DNA from: an uncultured Chloroflexia bacterium
GTDB taxonomy: Bacteria; Chloroflexota; Limnocylindria; Limnocylindrales; CSP1-4
Direction: 5' to 3'
Assembly (NCBI GenBank): GCA_963700245.1
Contig: CAVOWV010000015.1
Location: 128,339 to 192,338, forward strand
Length of the DNA: 64,000 bases
Shown here: one piece after another, positions 9,002-17,870 of the stretch
Layout of the letters: every line of letters starts with the position of its first letter
How positions within the stretch are numbered: position 1 is the first letter of the stretch
Notes under the pieces: generated by a model
What the model saw: the letters and a program-made list of their open reading frames with translations, nothing else
Databases searched by the model: none
What the model was told of the DNA's origin: nothing
Translations under genes and position numbers: made by a program

Positions 9002-11344
9002 CCCGGGCCCTCGCCGTGTTCGATGCCGTCACCGAGCGCGTGATGCTGCCGCTCACCCTGCTGGGCCTCGTCGTCGGCCTGCTCGCCACGGTCGCCGGCA
9101 ACGACGAGCTGGCGTGGTGGTGCTGGACTGTGCCCGCCGCGCTCGTCGGAGTCTGGCTCGTCATCTCGATCGTCCGGGACCTGCTCAAGGGCCAGGCCGG
9201 CGTCGACGTCATCGCCGTGATGGCGATCGGCGGGGCCCTGCTGCTGGACGAGTCGCTGACGGCCTCGGTCATCGCGGTCATGCTCGCGACCGGCGACTGG
9301 CTGGAGCGCTACGCGGAGGGCCGGGCCCACCGCGAGCTCTCGGCGCTCGTGTCGCGCGCCCCGCGCGTCGTCCACCGGCACGAGGACGGGTCCATCGCGG
9401 ACCGGGGAATCGCGGACGTCGCGGTCGGCGACCGCCTGCTCGTCAAGCCCGGCGAGGTCGTGCCGGTGGACGGCAACGTGATGGGCGCCGCAGCGACCCT
9501 CGACGAGTCCGCGCTGACCGGTGAGGCACGCCTCGTGACCCGCGAGGCCGGCGATCCCGTCAGCTCCGGCACCGTGAACGCCGGCGCTCCGTTCGACCTG
9601 ATGGCCACCGCCACCGCGGAGCACAGCACCTACGCCGGCATCGTGCGCCTCGTCGAGGAAGCCCAGTCGTCCAAGGCACCCTTCGTCCGCCTGGCCGACC
9701 GGTACGCGCTCCTGTTCGTGCCCCTGACGCTGGTCATCGCGGGCTATGCCTGGGTGACCTCGGGCGACCCGGTGCGCGCCCTGTCCGTGCTCGTCGTGGC
9801 GACGCCGTGCCCGCTGCTCCTCGCGGCGCCCATCGCGATCGTGGCCGGGATCAGCCGGTCCGCGAAGCGCGGGATCATCGTCAAGGGCGGTGGTGCCCTC
9901 GAGGCCATCGCCCGGGCACGCGTCCTCCTGTTCGACAAGACCGGCACGCTCACCGCCGGCCGGCCGCATCTCGCCGATGTCGTGTCGGCGCCGGACCGGA
10001 CGCCCGAGGAGGTGCTCCGCTACGCGGGCTCGCTGGAGCAGGTCTCGCCGCACGTCCTGGCGTCGTCGATCGTGTCCGGCGCCCGCGAGCGCGGCGTGGC
10101 CCTGGCGCTCCCGGAGGAGGTCGAGGAGGTCGCAGGCTCCGGCATCACCGGGCGCGTGGACGGCCACGTCGTCCACGTGGGAAATGCCGACTTCGCCACC
10201 GACGGCGCCCCACTGCCGGCCTGGGCGCGCGACGTCCGGCGACGGGTGAACCTCGAAGGGCGCGACCGGCGTGTACATCGGCGTGGACGGCGTGCTGGTC
10301 GGCGCCCTCGTACTGGACGACCCGATCCGGCCCGAGACGCCGCGCGTGATCCGCTCCCTGCGGCGGGCGGGCGTCCGGCGCATGGTCATGGTCACCGGCG
10401 ACCACTACGGCGTCGCCGACATCGTCGCGTCGGCGATCGGCGTGGACGCGGTGCTGGCCGAGCGAACGCCCACCGACAAGGTGGACGCGGTCGCCCAGGA
10501 GAAGGCCGACGCTAACGGGATCCTGGTGATGGTGGGCGACGGCATCAACGACGCGCCGGCGCTCGCGACCGCGGACGTCGGCGTGGCGATGGGGGCGCGG
10601 GGCGCGACGGCCAGCTCCGAGGCGGCCGACCTCGTGATCACGGTGGACCGGCTCGACCGCCTCCCGGAGGCAATCCTCATCGCGCGCCGGGCCCGCTCGA
10701 TCGCGCTCCAGAGCGTGATCGTGGGCATGGGCCTGTCGCTGGTCGCGATGCTCGTCGCCACGACCGGCGCCCTCCCCCCGGTGGCCGGCGCCATGATCCA
10801 GGAGGTGATCGACGTCATCGTCATCCTCAACGCCCTTCGGGCGCTGACCGGCGGCACGGAGCGCGTGCCCAAGGTGCCCGGCTGGACGGAGCTCTCCGCC
10901 CGGCTGCGCGCCGAGCACCGCACGCTGGCGCCCGCGCTGGCGCGTATCCGGCCCCTGGCGGACCGGCTGGGCACGATGCCGCCGGCGGAGGCGCTCGTCG
11001 AGCTCCAGCGGACCCGGACCTTCCTGCTCGAGACGCTGATCCCGCACGAGGAGGCCGAGGACCGCGACGTCTTCCCGTTCCTGGCCAAGGCCGTGGGCAA
11101 CGACGACGTGACCGCCGCCCTGCACCGGACCCACACGGAGATCTTCCACCTGATCCGGTTCACGGACCGCCTCGTGGCCGAGATCCCGCCCGAGGGCCCG
11201 GGCCCGGAGGACCTCACCGACCTGCGGCGCGTCCTGTACGGCCTGGACGCCATCCTGCGGCTGCACATGGCCCAGGAGGAGGAGCTGTACCTGGCCCTGG
11301 GCGACGAGCATCCCGAAGCCGAGCCGGTCCTGCAGCGCGCATAG
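8998..11344 (+). CDS. P1B-5-type heavy-metal P-type ATPase with C-terminal hemerythrin-like domain, one apparent frameshift near 10256-10262
   Basis: The transmembrane metal motif is TPCP (VLVVATPCPLLLAAP). Other P-type motifs: DKTGTLT phosphorylation site, TGE, MVTGD and GDGINDAPAL. No N-terminal HMA domain. The C-terminal ~150 aa carry His/Glu hemerythrin-type motifs (HRTLAP, IPHEEAEDRDVFP, HRTHTEIFH, LRLHMAQEEELY). The frame changes between ...RRVNLEG and ATGVYIGVDGVLVGALVLDD (track ORFs 8848..10515 and 10271..11344). Confidence 0.85.
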
Positions 11345-11347
11345 GTT

Positions 11348-11382
11348 CTGCCGCGGACGCCAGGCGCCTGGGTCGGCGGCAG
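11348..11382. terminator. Bidirectional terminator hairpin between convergent genes
   Basis: CTGCCGC (11348-11354) pairs with GCGGCAG (11376-11382). The inner stem contains the 12-bp palindrome CCAGGCGCCTGG (11360-11371). Lies between the ATPase stop and the oxidoreductase stop. Confidence 0.45.
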
Positions 11383-11391
11383 GCTCGAAGG

Positions 11392-12411
11392 TCAGCCAGC
11401 CGGCGTGACGCCCCCCGCGGCGTCACGGATCGCGCACGTCAGCCGGTGCGTGCGCAGGGCATCCCCGTACGAGCTGAACAGCCGCGTGGCGTCGCCGTGC
11501 CGGATGGCGTCCAGGAAGGCGCGGTTCTCGTCGCGGAACGGGTCGTTGCCGGTGGGCACGTAGCGGGTCGCGGTCACGCCCCACAGCCGGCTGCCCGTGA
11601 ATCCGTCCGTCGCGGTGACCGCCTTCGTCCGGGCGTCCTCGTACAGGATTCCCTGCTGGCGGATGGTGATCGCGAGGTCGTCGGCGAAGAGGCGGATCTC
11701 CTGGGCGCTGGTTCCGCCCAGGATGCAGGTCGCCGTGAACGTCCCGACCTGTCCGGCGTCGTAGCGGACGATTGCCGTGGAGACGTCAGGCACGTCCATC
11801 TCCGGGTAGTCCGGGTGGGGATGCAGGTCGGCGGTGGCGGCCACGACCGTCGCCTCGCCCAGCAGCCGGCGCGAGAGGTCCACGAGGTGGGTCGCCTGCT
11901 CCACCATCTGGCCGCCGCTGGTGGCGAGGTCGCGCCACCAGGCCACGCCGGGGAGGTTGTCGTGCCAGTGGCCGTTGAGCAGCTTGACCGGACGGCTCGC
12001 GATCACCTCCTCCAGCTCGCCGAGCGTGTCCATCGCCCGCCAGTGATAGGCAACGCCGGCGATGACACCGGCGGCGTCGACGGCGGCGCTGATGCGCTCC
12101 GGCGTCTCCGGGTCGGCGGCGAGCGGCTTCTCCACGAACAGGTGGATCCCACGCTCGATGAGCCCGAGCTCCAGGGCCCCGTGCGCATCGGGTGTGACGC
12201 AGACCCAGACCGCGTCCGGCCGCTCCGCGTCCAGCATTCGCTCGATGTCGTCGTACGGGTGGCCGCCGAAGCGGCGAGCGGCGGCCTCGGCCCTCCCCAT
12301 GCTGCGCGATGCGATGCCGACCAGCTCCGCCCCCGGCTCCGAGCTGAGCACCTCGAGATGGCGCTGGGCGATGAAGCCCGGCCCGATGAGTGCGACGCGC
12401 AAGCGATCCAC
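11392..12411 (-). CDS. Gfo/Idh/MocA-family NAD(P)-dependent oxidoreductase
   Basis: 339 aa. N-terminal Rossmann motif MDRLRVALIGPGFIAQRHL and EKP motif (LFVEKPLA). Confidence 0.85.
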   Translation of the reverse strand: MDRLRVALIGPGFIAQRHLEVLSSEPGAELVGIASRSMGRAEAAARRFGGHPYDDIERMLDAERPDAVWVCVTPDAHGALELGLIERGIHLFVEKPLAADPETPERISAAVDAAGVIAGVAYHWRAMDTLGELEEVIASRPVKLLNGHWHDNLPGVAWWRDLATSGGQMVEQATHLVDLSRRLLGEATVVAATADLHPHPDYPEMDVPDVSTAIVRYDAGQVGTFTATCILGGTSAQEIRLFADDLAITIRQQGILYEDARTKAVTATDGFTGSRLWGVTATRYVPTGNDPFRDENRAFLDAIRHGDATRLFSSYGDALRTHRLTCAIRDAAGGVTPAG

Positions 12412-12479
12412 GGGGTCTCCTCGTTGGCAGGTCGCCGTCGATTATCGGGGCTCGGCGCCGGCGACCTACCATCGGATCC

Positions 12480-13796
12480 GTGGATCACCGGCCCAGCCAG
12501 CCCGTCCCCGAGTCGATCGACGACCTGTCGGCCGACGTCGCGCGCGCGCTCCCGGGCCGCCCGAGGCTGGCACGCATGTTCCACGGCTGCTTCCGGAACG
12601 CGTGGGAAACGACCGTGCGCCGCCTCCCGGACGGGACTGCGTCAGTCCTCACCGGCGACATCCCGGCGATGTGGCTGCGCGACTCCACCGCGCAGGTCAG
12701 GCCGTACCTGGCCCTGGCCGCCGTGGATCCGGGGATCGCCGACCTGCTGGAGGCGGTCGTGCGCAGGCAGCTTGCCTGCGTTCGCCTCGACCCGTACGCC
12801 AATGCCTTCAACGTGATGCCCGGACCGCCCGGGGACCGCCGCGACCGGCCACGGCCCCACCCGCAGGTCTGGGAGCGCAAGTACGAGGTGGACTCGCTGT
12901 CGTGGCCCCTCCTCCTCGCCCATGACCTGTGGCGCGCGACGGGCCGCACCTCGCACCTCGACGGGGAGCTCGCGGACGCCGCCGCCATGACCCTGGCGAC
13001 CTGGCGGACCGAGCAGGATCACGAACGCCGGTCCGGGTACCGCTTCCTGCGCCCGGATGCCCCGCCGCTCGACACCCTGGGCCGTGGCGGACGCGGGCCG
13101 CTCGTCGTCCCGACCGGGATGACCTGGTCCGGCTTCCGGCCCAGCGATGACGCCTGCACCCATGGCTACCACGTGCCCGGCAACATGCTCGCGACCGTCG
13201 CGCTGGAGGCCCTGACGACGATGGCCGAGGCGACAGGACGGGCTGCACTGGCGGCCGAGGCGACGGCCATGCGCACGGAGATCCTGGCCGGGATCGCCGA
13301 TCATGGCTGCGTGGAGCACCCCGACCACGGAACGGTCTGGGCATGCGAGGTGGATGGACGGGGCGGCGCACTCCTCGCGGACGATGCCAACCTCCCAAGC
13401 CTCCTGGCCCTGCCGTACCTTGGCTGGTGCCCGACGGACGACCCGGTCTACCGGGCGACCCGACGGCTCGTCCTGTCCGATGCGAACCCCTGGTTCGCCC
13501 GGGGGACGGTTGCCGCCGGCATCGGCAGCCCGCACACGCCGGCCGGCTGGGTGTGGCACCTGGGCATCATCGCCGAGGCGCTGACCGCGCCCGATGCGGG
13601 AGATCGCGACCGTCTGCTCGAGGTGCTCGTGCAGACCGATGCCGGGACCGGCCTGATGCACGAATCGTTCGACCCGTCGGATCCGCGGCGGTTCACGCGT
13701 CCCTGGTTCGGCTGGGCCAACGCGCTGTTCGCGGAGCTGGTCCTCGCGCACACGGGCCTTGGTGGGCCGCTCGCGACGCTGCGCCCGATCACATGA
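12480..13796 (+). CDS. Glycoside hydrolase family 125 (DUF1237, exo-alpha-1,6-mannosidase-like)
   Basis: Motifs TGDIPAMWLRDSTAQVRPY, KYEVDSLSWPLLLA, WSGFRPSDDAC, DDANLPSLLALPYLG, GIGSPHTP and FGWANALF. Start set at GTG 12480. Divergent from the oxidoreductase. Confidence 0.8.
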   Translation: MDHRPSQPVPESIDDLSADVARALPGRPRLARMFHGCFRNAWETTVRRLPDGTASVLTGDIPAMWLRDSTAQVRPYLALAAVDPGIADLLEAVVRRQLACVRLDPYANAFNVMPGPPGDRRDRPRPHPQVWERKYEVDSLSWPLLLAHDLWRATGRTSHLDGELADAAAMTLATWRTEQDHERRSGYRFLRPDAPPLDTLGRGGRGPLVVPTGMTWSGFRPSDDACTHGYHVPGNMLATVALEALTTMAEATGRAALAAEATAMRTEILAGIADHGCVEHPDHGTVWACEVDGRGGALLADDANLPSLLALPYLGWCPTDDPVYRATRRLVLSDANPWFARGTVAAGIGSPHTPAGWVWHLGIIAEALTAPDAGDRDRLLEVLVQTDAGTGLMHESFDPSDPRRFTRPWFGWANALFAELVLAHTGLGGPLATLRPIT

Positions 13797-13827
13797 GCCC
13801 GGGCCGATCCGCGGTGCCCGGGATCCG

Positions 13828-14331
13828 TCAGGCCGGGCAGGCGGCCCCGGTAGCCCGCAGCCGGAGGCGCCAGGCGGCGGTCACGATCAGCAGCGCGAGC
13901 GACATCGCGCCGATCAGCGGCTGGATGGGTGCGTAGACCGACATCGCCCCCGAGGTGCCCAGGAGCACGAGCGCGATCTTGTTGCAGACGGGACAGCCGA
14001 TGGCGAGGAATGCTCCGAACCCCGCGATGCTGCCGAGCGTGGTGGATCGTCCCCTGGCGGTGGCCGCCTCCGCGGGGCCCAGCGGCACGATCCGGACGGG
14101 CGTCGTCGTCACGGGCGCCGTGTAGGTGGCCATGACGATGCCCATGAGCGGCGCGGAGACCAGCCACACGCCGATCGCGAACGCCTCCGGCGGGATCTGA
14201 CGCCCGAACACCGGGTTCGGGATGATCGCCGTGACCAGCCCGAACGCGATCCCGGACACCACCGTCCAGAAGGCGGCGTGGAGCAGGAGGCGCCGATCGA
14301 GGAGGGCGAGGAGCGGACTGGAGGCGGGCAA
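13828..14331 (-). CDS. Hypothetical polytopic membrane protein with CPVC motif
   Basis: Distal part of track ORF 13828..14535: ...LLHAAFWTVVSGIAFGLVTAIIP...GAFLAIGCPVCNKIALVLLGTSGAMSVYAPIQPLIGAMSLALLIV.... High GC3. Start uncertain (TTG 14331 proposed; the track ATG at 14535 gives a non-protein-like N-terminus). Confidence 0.5.
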   Translation of the reverse strand: MPASSPLLALLDRRLLLHAAFWTVVSGIAFGLVTAIIPNPVFGRQIPPEAFAIGVWLVSAPLMGIVMATYTAPVTTTPVRIVPLGPAEAATARGRSTTLGSIAGFGAFLAIGCPVCNKIALVLLGTSGAMSVYAPIQPLIGAMSLALLIVTAAWRLRLRATGAACPA

Positions 14332-14384
14332 CGTGTCGTCTCTGGGCCAGGGCGGGTTGTCCCCGCCACCATACCGGTGGTTGC

Positions 14385-14400
14385 GTACTTGCGCAAGTAC
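14385..14400. promoter_or_regulatory. Perfect 16-bp palindrome, candidate operator
   Basis: GTACTTGCGCAAGTAC. Located in the divergent intergenic region, about 55 nt upstream of the CPVC membrane gene and about 150 nt upstream of the 14550 gene. Confidence 0.4.
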
Positions 14401-14549
14401 CACAATGGAGGCCGGGCGGGAACCTGCGGGCGCGAAGACCCGTCGGGGCCCGGTGGCCGGGCGCCACACGAGCCCGCCGATCTGCGTCTCCAAGGGGCGC
14501 CGCATCGCATGGCGCGCGATACTCCGCTCCTGCAAGGACCTGCCTGAAC

Positions 14550-15563
14550 TTGACCGAGCACGACCCGAGGGCGGATCTGCCCATCCCCAAGCGGCGACCC
14601 TCCGGCGGCGGACACGCCTCCGGTGTCGTGCCGCGCCCGGTCGTGGAGCCGGTGGTCGTCTACGAGCCGCCGCCGCCGCCCCGGATCCACGGGGACCCGG
14701 CGATGCGCAAGGACCTGGGCTTCGTGCTGTTCGTGGTCGCGGCGGTCGTCATCGGCCTCGTCACGTGGAATGCCGCCGCCGTCCTCACCAGCGAGGCGTT
14801 CAGCCCCGAGGCAAGCCAGCCGGTCGCGGTGATCGACCCATCGCCGGCCCGGCCGGTCCGGACGCCGTCCGCGCCGGCCTCGTCGCCGGACCCGGCCTCG
14901 CCATCAGTGGAGCCATCACCGACCCCGACCCCCAAGCCCGTCCGCAAGCCCGTGGACGTGAAGATCGAGCCGAAGCCGGCCGCCGCCTTCGTGTCCGAGG
15001 CGAAGAACACGTGGTGTGCGGCGGCGGCGGTCCAGATCGCCCTCAATGTCAACGGACCGGCTGCCCGCATCGACACCTCGCGCGCCCGACAGGCGCGGAT
15101 CCGCAAGCTGCAGGTCGACCTGACGACGCGCAAGGACAGCCGGAACGGCGGCGCGGGCCCGCTGGGCATGGTGGCGTCGCTCGAGGAGCTGGGCAAGGTG
15201 GACTACGAGCTGCGCATCTACGACACGCGGGCGGAGGCCCTGCGCGCGTCGGCGAAGGCCATCAAGCAGACGGGCCACGCAGCCATCCTGCTCGCATGGC
15301 GGGGCGCCCACGCGTGGGTCATGACGGGCTATCGGGCCGACGCGGATCCGGCGGTCTTCGCCAACGCCAAGGTCACCGGGGCCTACATCATCGACCCGTG
15401 GTACCCGCGCGTCTCCCGGATCTGGGGACGGTCGGACAAGGCCGGGGTGTTCCAGGATGCGGCCGAGATGAAGCGCAACTACCTGCCCTGGAAGCGTCCC
15501 GAGGGCCGCTACCCGGGTCGCGACGGCAAGTATCCTGGCGATCATCCCCGTCAGCTGACCTAG
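14550..15563 (+). CDS. Membrane-anchored protein with C39-like (papain-fold) peptidase domain
   Basis: 337 aa. Pro-rich cytoplasmic head, one TM (LGFVLFVVAAVVIGLV), Pro/Ser linker, then NTWCAAAAVQIALN (candidate catalytic Cys) and GAHAWVMTGY (candidate His), as in Peptidase_C39_2-type domains. TTG start. Confidence 0.55.
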   Translation: MTEHDPRADLPIPKRRPSGGGHASGVVPRPVVEPVVVYEPPPPPRIHGDPAMRKDLGFVLFVVAAVVIGLVTWNAAAVLTSEAFSPEASQPVAVIDPSPARPVRTPSAPASSPDPASPSVEPSPTPTPKPVRKPVDVKIEPKPAAAFVSEAKNTWCAAAAVQIALNVNGPAARIDTSRARQARIRKLQVDLTTRKDSRNGGAGPLGMVASLEELGKVDYELRIYDTRAEALRASAKAIKQTGHAAILLAWRGAHAWVMTGYRADADPAVFANAKVTGAYIIDPWYPRVSRIWGRSDKAGVFQDAAEMKRNYLPWKRPEGRYPGRDGKYPGDHPRQLT

Positions 15564-16138
15564 GGCGTCAGCTCCACGTCGCCGGAGGCGAGGAGGGCGT
15601 TGGAAGCCGCGTCCCGCACGGTCATCGTGTAGCGGCCGGCCTCCAGCGCACACTCGGGGGCCGTCGCGTCCGTCGTGGTGACGCGGAAGGTGCCGTCCGG
15701 TGTGAGATAGGGCTCGAGCGTGGCGCGGGTGGTCGTGGAGCTGGCTCGCACCGCACCCTCTGGGCCTCCGACACGCCACTCGATGCGGATCTCCGGCGCC
15801 CGGGCGGGGATGGGCGCCGTCCAGGCGCGCTCGGTGCCGTCACAGCGCCACGCCGCGGGCTGGAAGGCGATGCTGCCCGGGCCGCCGTTGCTGCTGAACG
15901 CGACGGCCGCGAGCACGGCGACCAGGATGATCCCATTGAGGATCAGGGCACGCTTCACGGGGAAGCCGCCGTCGCGCTCGGGACGATGGGATGCCGTCTC
16001 GACCGAGGCGGACGTCGTGTCCGGCCCCGGCCGCCGGGCTCCGCACCGGCCGCAGAAGTCGTCCTCGGCGGCGCGGTCCGCATCACAGCGGGGGCAGCGC
16101 CAGGGATCCAGGACGGCGGGCGTGGTCATCGCCCCCAT
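15560..16138 (-). CDS. Zinc-ribbon membrane protein
   Basis: 192 aa. CPRCDADRAAEDDFCGRCG zinc ribbon, one TM (ALILNGIILVAVLAAVAF), and a beta-rich extracytoplasmic domain. Stop overlaps the convergent 14550 gene by 4 nt. Confidence 0.55.
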   Translation of the reverse strand: MGAMTTPAVLDPWRCPRCDADRAAEDDFCGRCGARRPGPDTTSASVETASHRPERDGGFPVKRALILNGIILVAVLAAVAFSSNGGPGSIAFQPAAWRCDGTERAWTAPIPARAPEIRIEWRVGGPEGAVRASSTTTRATLEPYLTPDGTFRVTTTDATAPECALEAGRYTMTVRDAASNALLASGDVELTP

Positions 16139-16273
16139 GATCGTGGGTCACGGGCATCCGTGCCGGTCGGCTCGCGATTCCACTCGTTGAGAGGATCGCG
16201 GGCGGTATGATCCGCGCGGCGGGTGGCCCCCTCGATCTGGGCGGCACCAGCCGGGAGTGAGGGGTACGAGTCC

Positions 16274-16924
16274 ATGTCGATCGAAGGCATCATCGTCGGC
16301 GTGCTGGGGATTGTCCTCGGCGCCGTGTTCTGTTTCGCCGGCTTCCGGTGGTTCCTCCTGCTGCTGCCGATCTTCGGCCTGTTCGTCGGCTTCACGACCG
16401 GTGCCAGTGCCACGTCGCTACTGCTCGGCGAAGGGTTCCTGGCCAGCACCCTGGCGATCATCGTCGGCGTCGTGTTCGCCGTGATCTTCGCCCTGCTCAG
16501 CTGGTTCTACTGGTGGGGCGCCGTGGCCGTGCTCGGTGGTGCCCTGGGCTATGCGATCGCGCTCGGGCTGCTCGAGGCCATCGGGTTCAACGCGGACGGC
16601 TTCATGACGGCGCTCATCGCGGTCGCGGCCGGCGTAGCGGTCGCGATCGGGGCCCTGGTGGTGAACGCGCCCAAGTACGTCGCGATCATCCTGACGGCCT
16701 TCGCCGGGGCGGCGTGGCTGACCGCAGGCATCGCGCTGGTCTTCGGGATCATCGAGACGACCGGACTCGATGCGGGACCCCTCGCGGCGATCTACGTCGC
16801 CGGCTGGTTCTGGATCCTGATCTGGGGCGTCGTCGCAGCTGCCGGCGTCATCGCCCAGATCCAGATGACCAAGCGCTGGGAGCAGGACCTGATCGTCGGC
16901 TACGACTCCCGCCGCCCGCTCTGA
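16274..16924 (+). CDS. Polytopic (about 7 TM) membrane protein, DUF4203/TMEM198-like guess
   Basis: MSIEGIIVGVLGIVLGAVFCFAGFRWFLLLLPIFGLFVGF... with Gly/Ala-rich TM helices throughout. Family assignment is a guess from architecture. Confidence 0.55.
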   Translation: MSIEGIIVGVLGIVLGAVFCFAGFRWFLLLLPIFGLFVGFTTGASATSLLLGEGFLASTLAIIVGVVFAVIFALLSWFYWWGAVAVLGGALGYAIALGLLEAIGFNADGFMTALIAVAAGVAVAIGALVVNAPKYVAIILTAFAGAAWLTAGIALVFGIIETTGLDAGPLAAIYVAGWFWILIWGVVAAAGVIAQIQMTKRWEQDLIVGYDSRRPL

Positions 16925-16982
16925 GGGGAAGCCACCACGCGATCACGCTGCGCCGCGGGCCTCGTCCGCGGCGCAGTCCCGT

Positions 16983-17309
16983 TCAGCGTCGCCTGACGCT
17001 GCGGAGGAGACTCCCGACGGCGACCAGCGTCCACGCGATGAGGCCCACGCCGATGGCGGCCATGGCAGGCGTCGGGAGCCCGGCGTTCCACGCCCACAAG
17101 CCCACGGCAATCGGCAGGAACAGGATCCAGGCCGCGATCCGGGCGATGGGCTCGAGGCCGTTCAGCCATGCCCAGGCATCGGCGAAGACCTGACCTCCCG
17201 TGACGAGACCCACCGCGAACCCAAGCCAGAGCACGGCGAATACGACCACCGCGTAGGTGCCCAGGGCGAGCTGGAGCCGCTGGTCGCGCGTCCGGCCCGG
17301 GTCAGGCAT
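16983..17309 (-). CDS. Small 3-TM membrane protein co-transcribed with arsR
   Basis: 108 aa, MPDPGRTRDQRLQLALGTYAVVVFAVLWLGFAVGLV.... The ATG overlaps the arsR 3' end by 8 nt. Confidence 0.55.
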   Translation of the reverse strand: MPDPGRTRDQRLQLALGTYAVVVFAVLWLGFAVGLVTGGQVFADAWAWLNGLEPIARIAAWILFLPIAVGLWAWNAGLPTPAMAAIGVGLIAWTLVAVGSLLRSVRRR

Positions 17310-17604
17310 GGGACACCGTCCCGATCGAGGGCAGGAGCTCCCCGGCGATCGCCCTGAAGCGCGCTGCGGCCTCGGGCCTGAGCCAGTAGTAGACGTATGA
17401 CGCGCGGCGCTCCGAGCGCACCCAGCCGGCTTCGCGGAGCACCTTGAGGTGGTGGCTGACCGTGGGCTGCGCGACGTCGCAGCAGGCGGTGAAGTCGCAG
17501 GCGCAGACGCCATCACCACCGGCGAGCTGGCGCAGGATCGAGAGCCGGGTGGGATCCGCCGCCCCCTGCAGCAGCAGGGCATCCGGATCGACGAGGCGCT
17601 TCAT
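17302..17604 (-). CDS. arsR: ArsR/SmtB-family metalloregulator
   Basis: 100 aa, MKRLVDPDALLLQGAADPTRLSILRQLAGGDGVCACDFTACCDVAQPTVSHHLKVLREAGWV.... Has the CxC(+CC) metalloid site just before the HTH and the SHHLKVL recognition helix. Confidence 0.9.
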   Translation of the reverse strand: MKRLVDPDALLLQGAADPTRLSILRQLAGGDGVCACDFTACCDVAQPTVSHHLKVLREAGWVRSERRASYVYYWLRPEAAARFRAIAGELLPSIGTVSHA

Positions 17605-17610
17605 GTCCGA

Positions 17611-17650
17611 ATGGTATTGACAAACATCGATATCGTCAAGTATCAATACC
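17611..17650. promoter_or_regulatory. AT-rich divergent promoter/operator region of the ars cluster
   Basis: 8-bp inverted repeat GGTATTGA (17613-17620) / TCAATACC (17643-17650). Plus-strand promoter TTGACA (17617-17622), 18 nt, TATCAA (17641-17646). Minus-strand promoter TTGACG (17639-17634), 17 nt, TACCAT (17616-17611), ending 6 nt before the arsR ATG, which suggests a leaderless transcript. Confidence 0.5.
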
Positions 17651-17691
17651 AAGGACAGCAGGGCAGGCACCGCCCGCCATGAAGGAGCACC

Positions 17692-17856
17692 ATGATCACG
17701 ACACCCGAGCTCGTCGCGCTGATCCAGCGGGAACGAGATCACCACATCGAGCACGATCGGCTGGCCCGCATCGCTGCCTGCGGCCGAGCCTGCCGCAATC
17801 CGAATCTCATCGACCGCCTCGCGCACGCACTGCGCGGGACGCCCGCCGCCTGCTGA
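17692..17856 (+). CDS. 54-aa micro-ORF upstream of arsM (unrecognised)
   Basis: GAAGGAG SD (17681-17687) 4 nt before the ATG. MITTPELVALIQRERDHHIEHDRLARIAACGRACRNPNLIDRLAHALRGTPAAC. About 80% G/C at third codon positions, unlike the overlapping arsM-frame extension. Below the ORF-track cut-off. Confidence 0.45.
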   Translation: MITTPELVALIQRERDHHIEHDRLARIAACGRACRNPNLIDRLAHALRGTPAAC

Positions 17857-17870
17857 CGAGGAGCAACCCC

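Noticed and set aside
8416-10395. Long antisense ORFs throughout the window (e.g. 8416..10395, 19324..21468, 38917..40260, 50602..53136, 55641..57605, 58852..61095)
   Set aside because: Each lies opposite a well-supported conserved gene or the tmRNA. The translations are low-complexity Arg/Gly/Pro/Asp-rich. Long stop-free antisense frames are expected at this GC content.
17679-17870. N-terminal 64-aa extension of arsM from ATG 17679
   Set aside because: The extension has poor third-position G/C bias and no ArsM similarity. A GAGGAG SD precedes ATG 17871, and the region is better explained by the 54-codon ORF in another frame.
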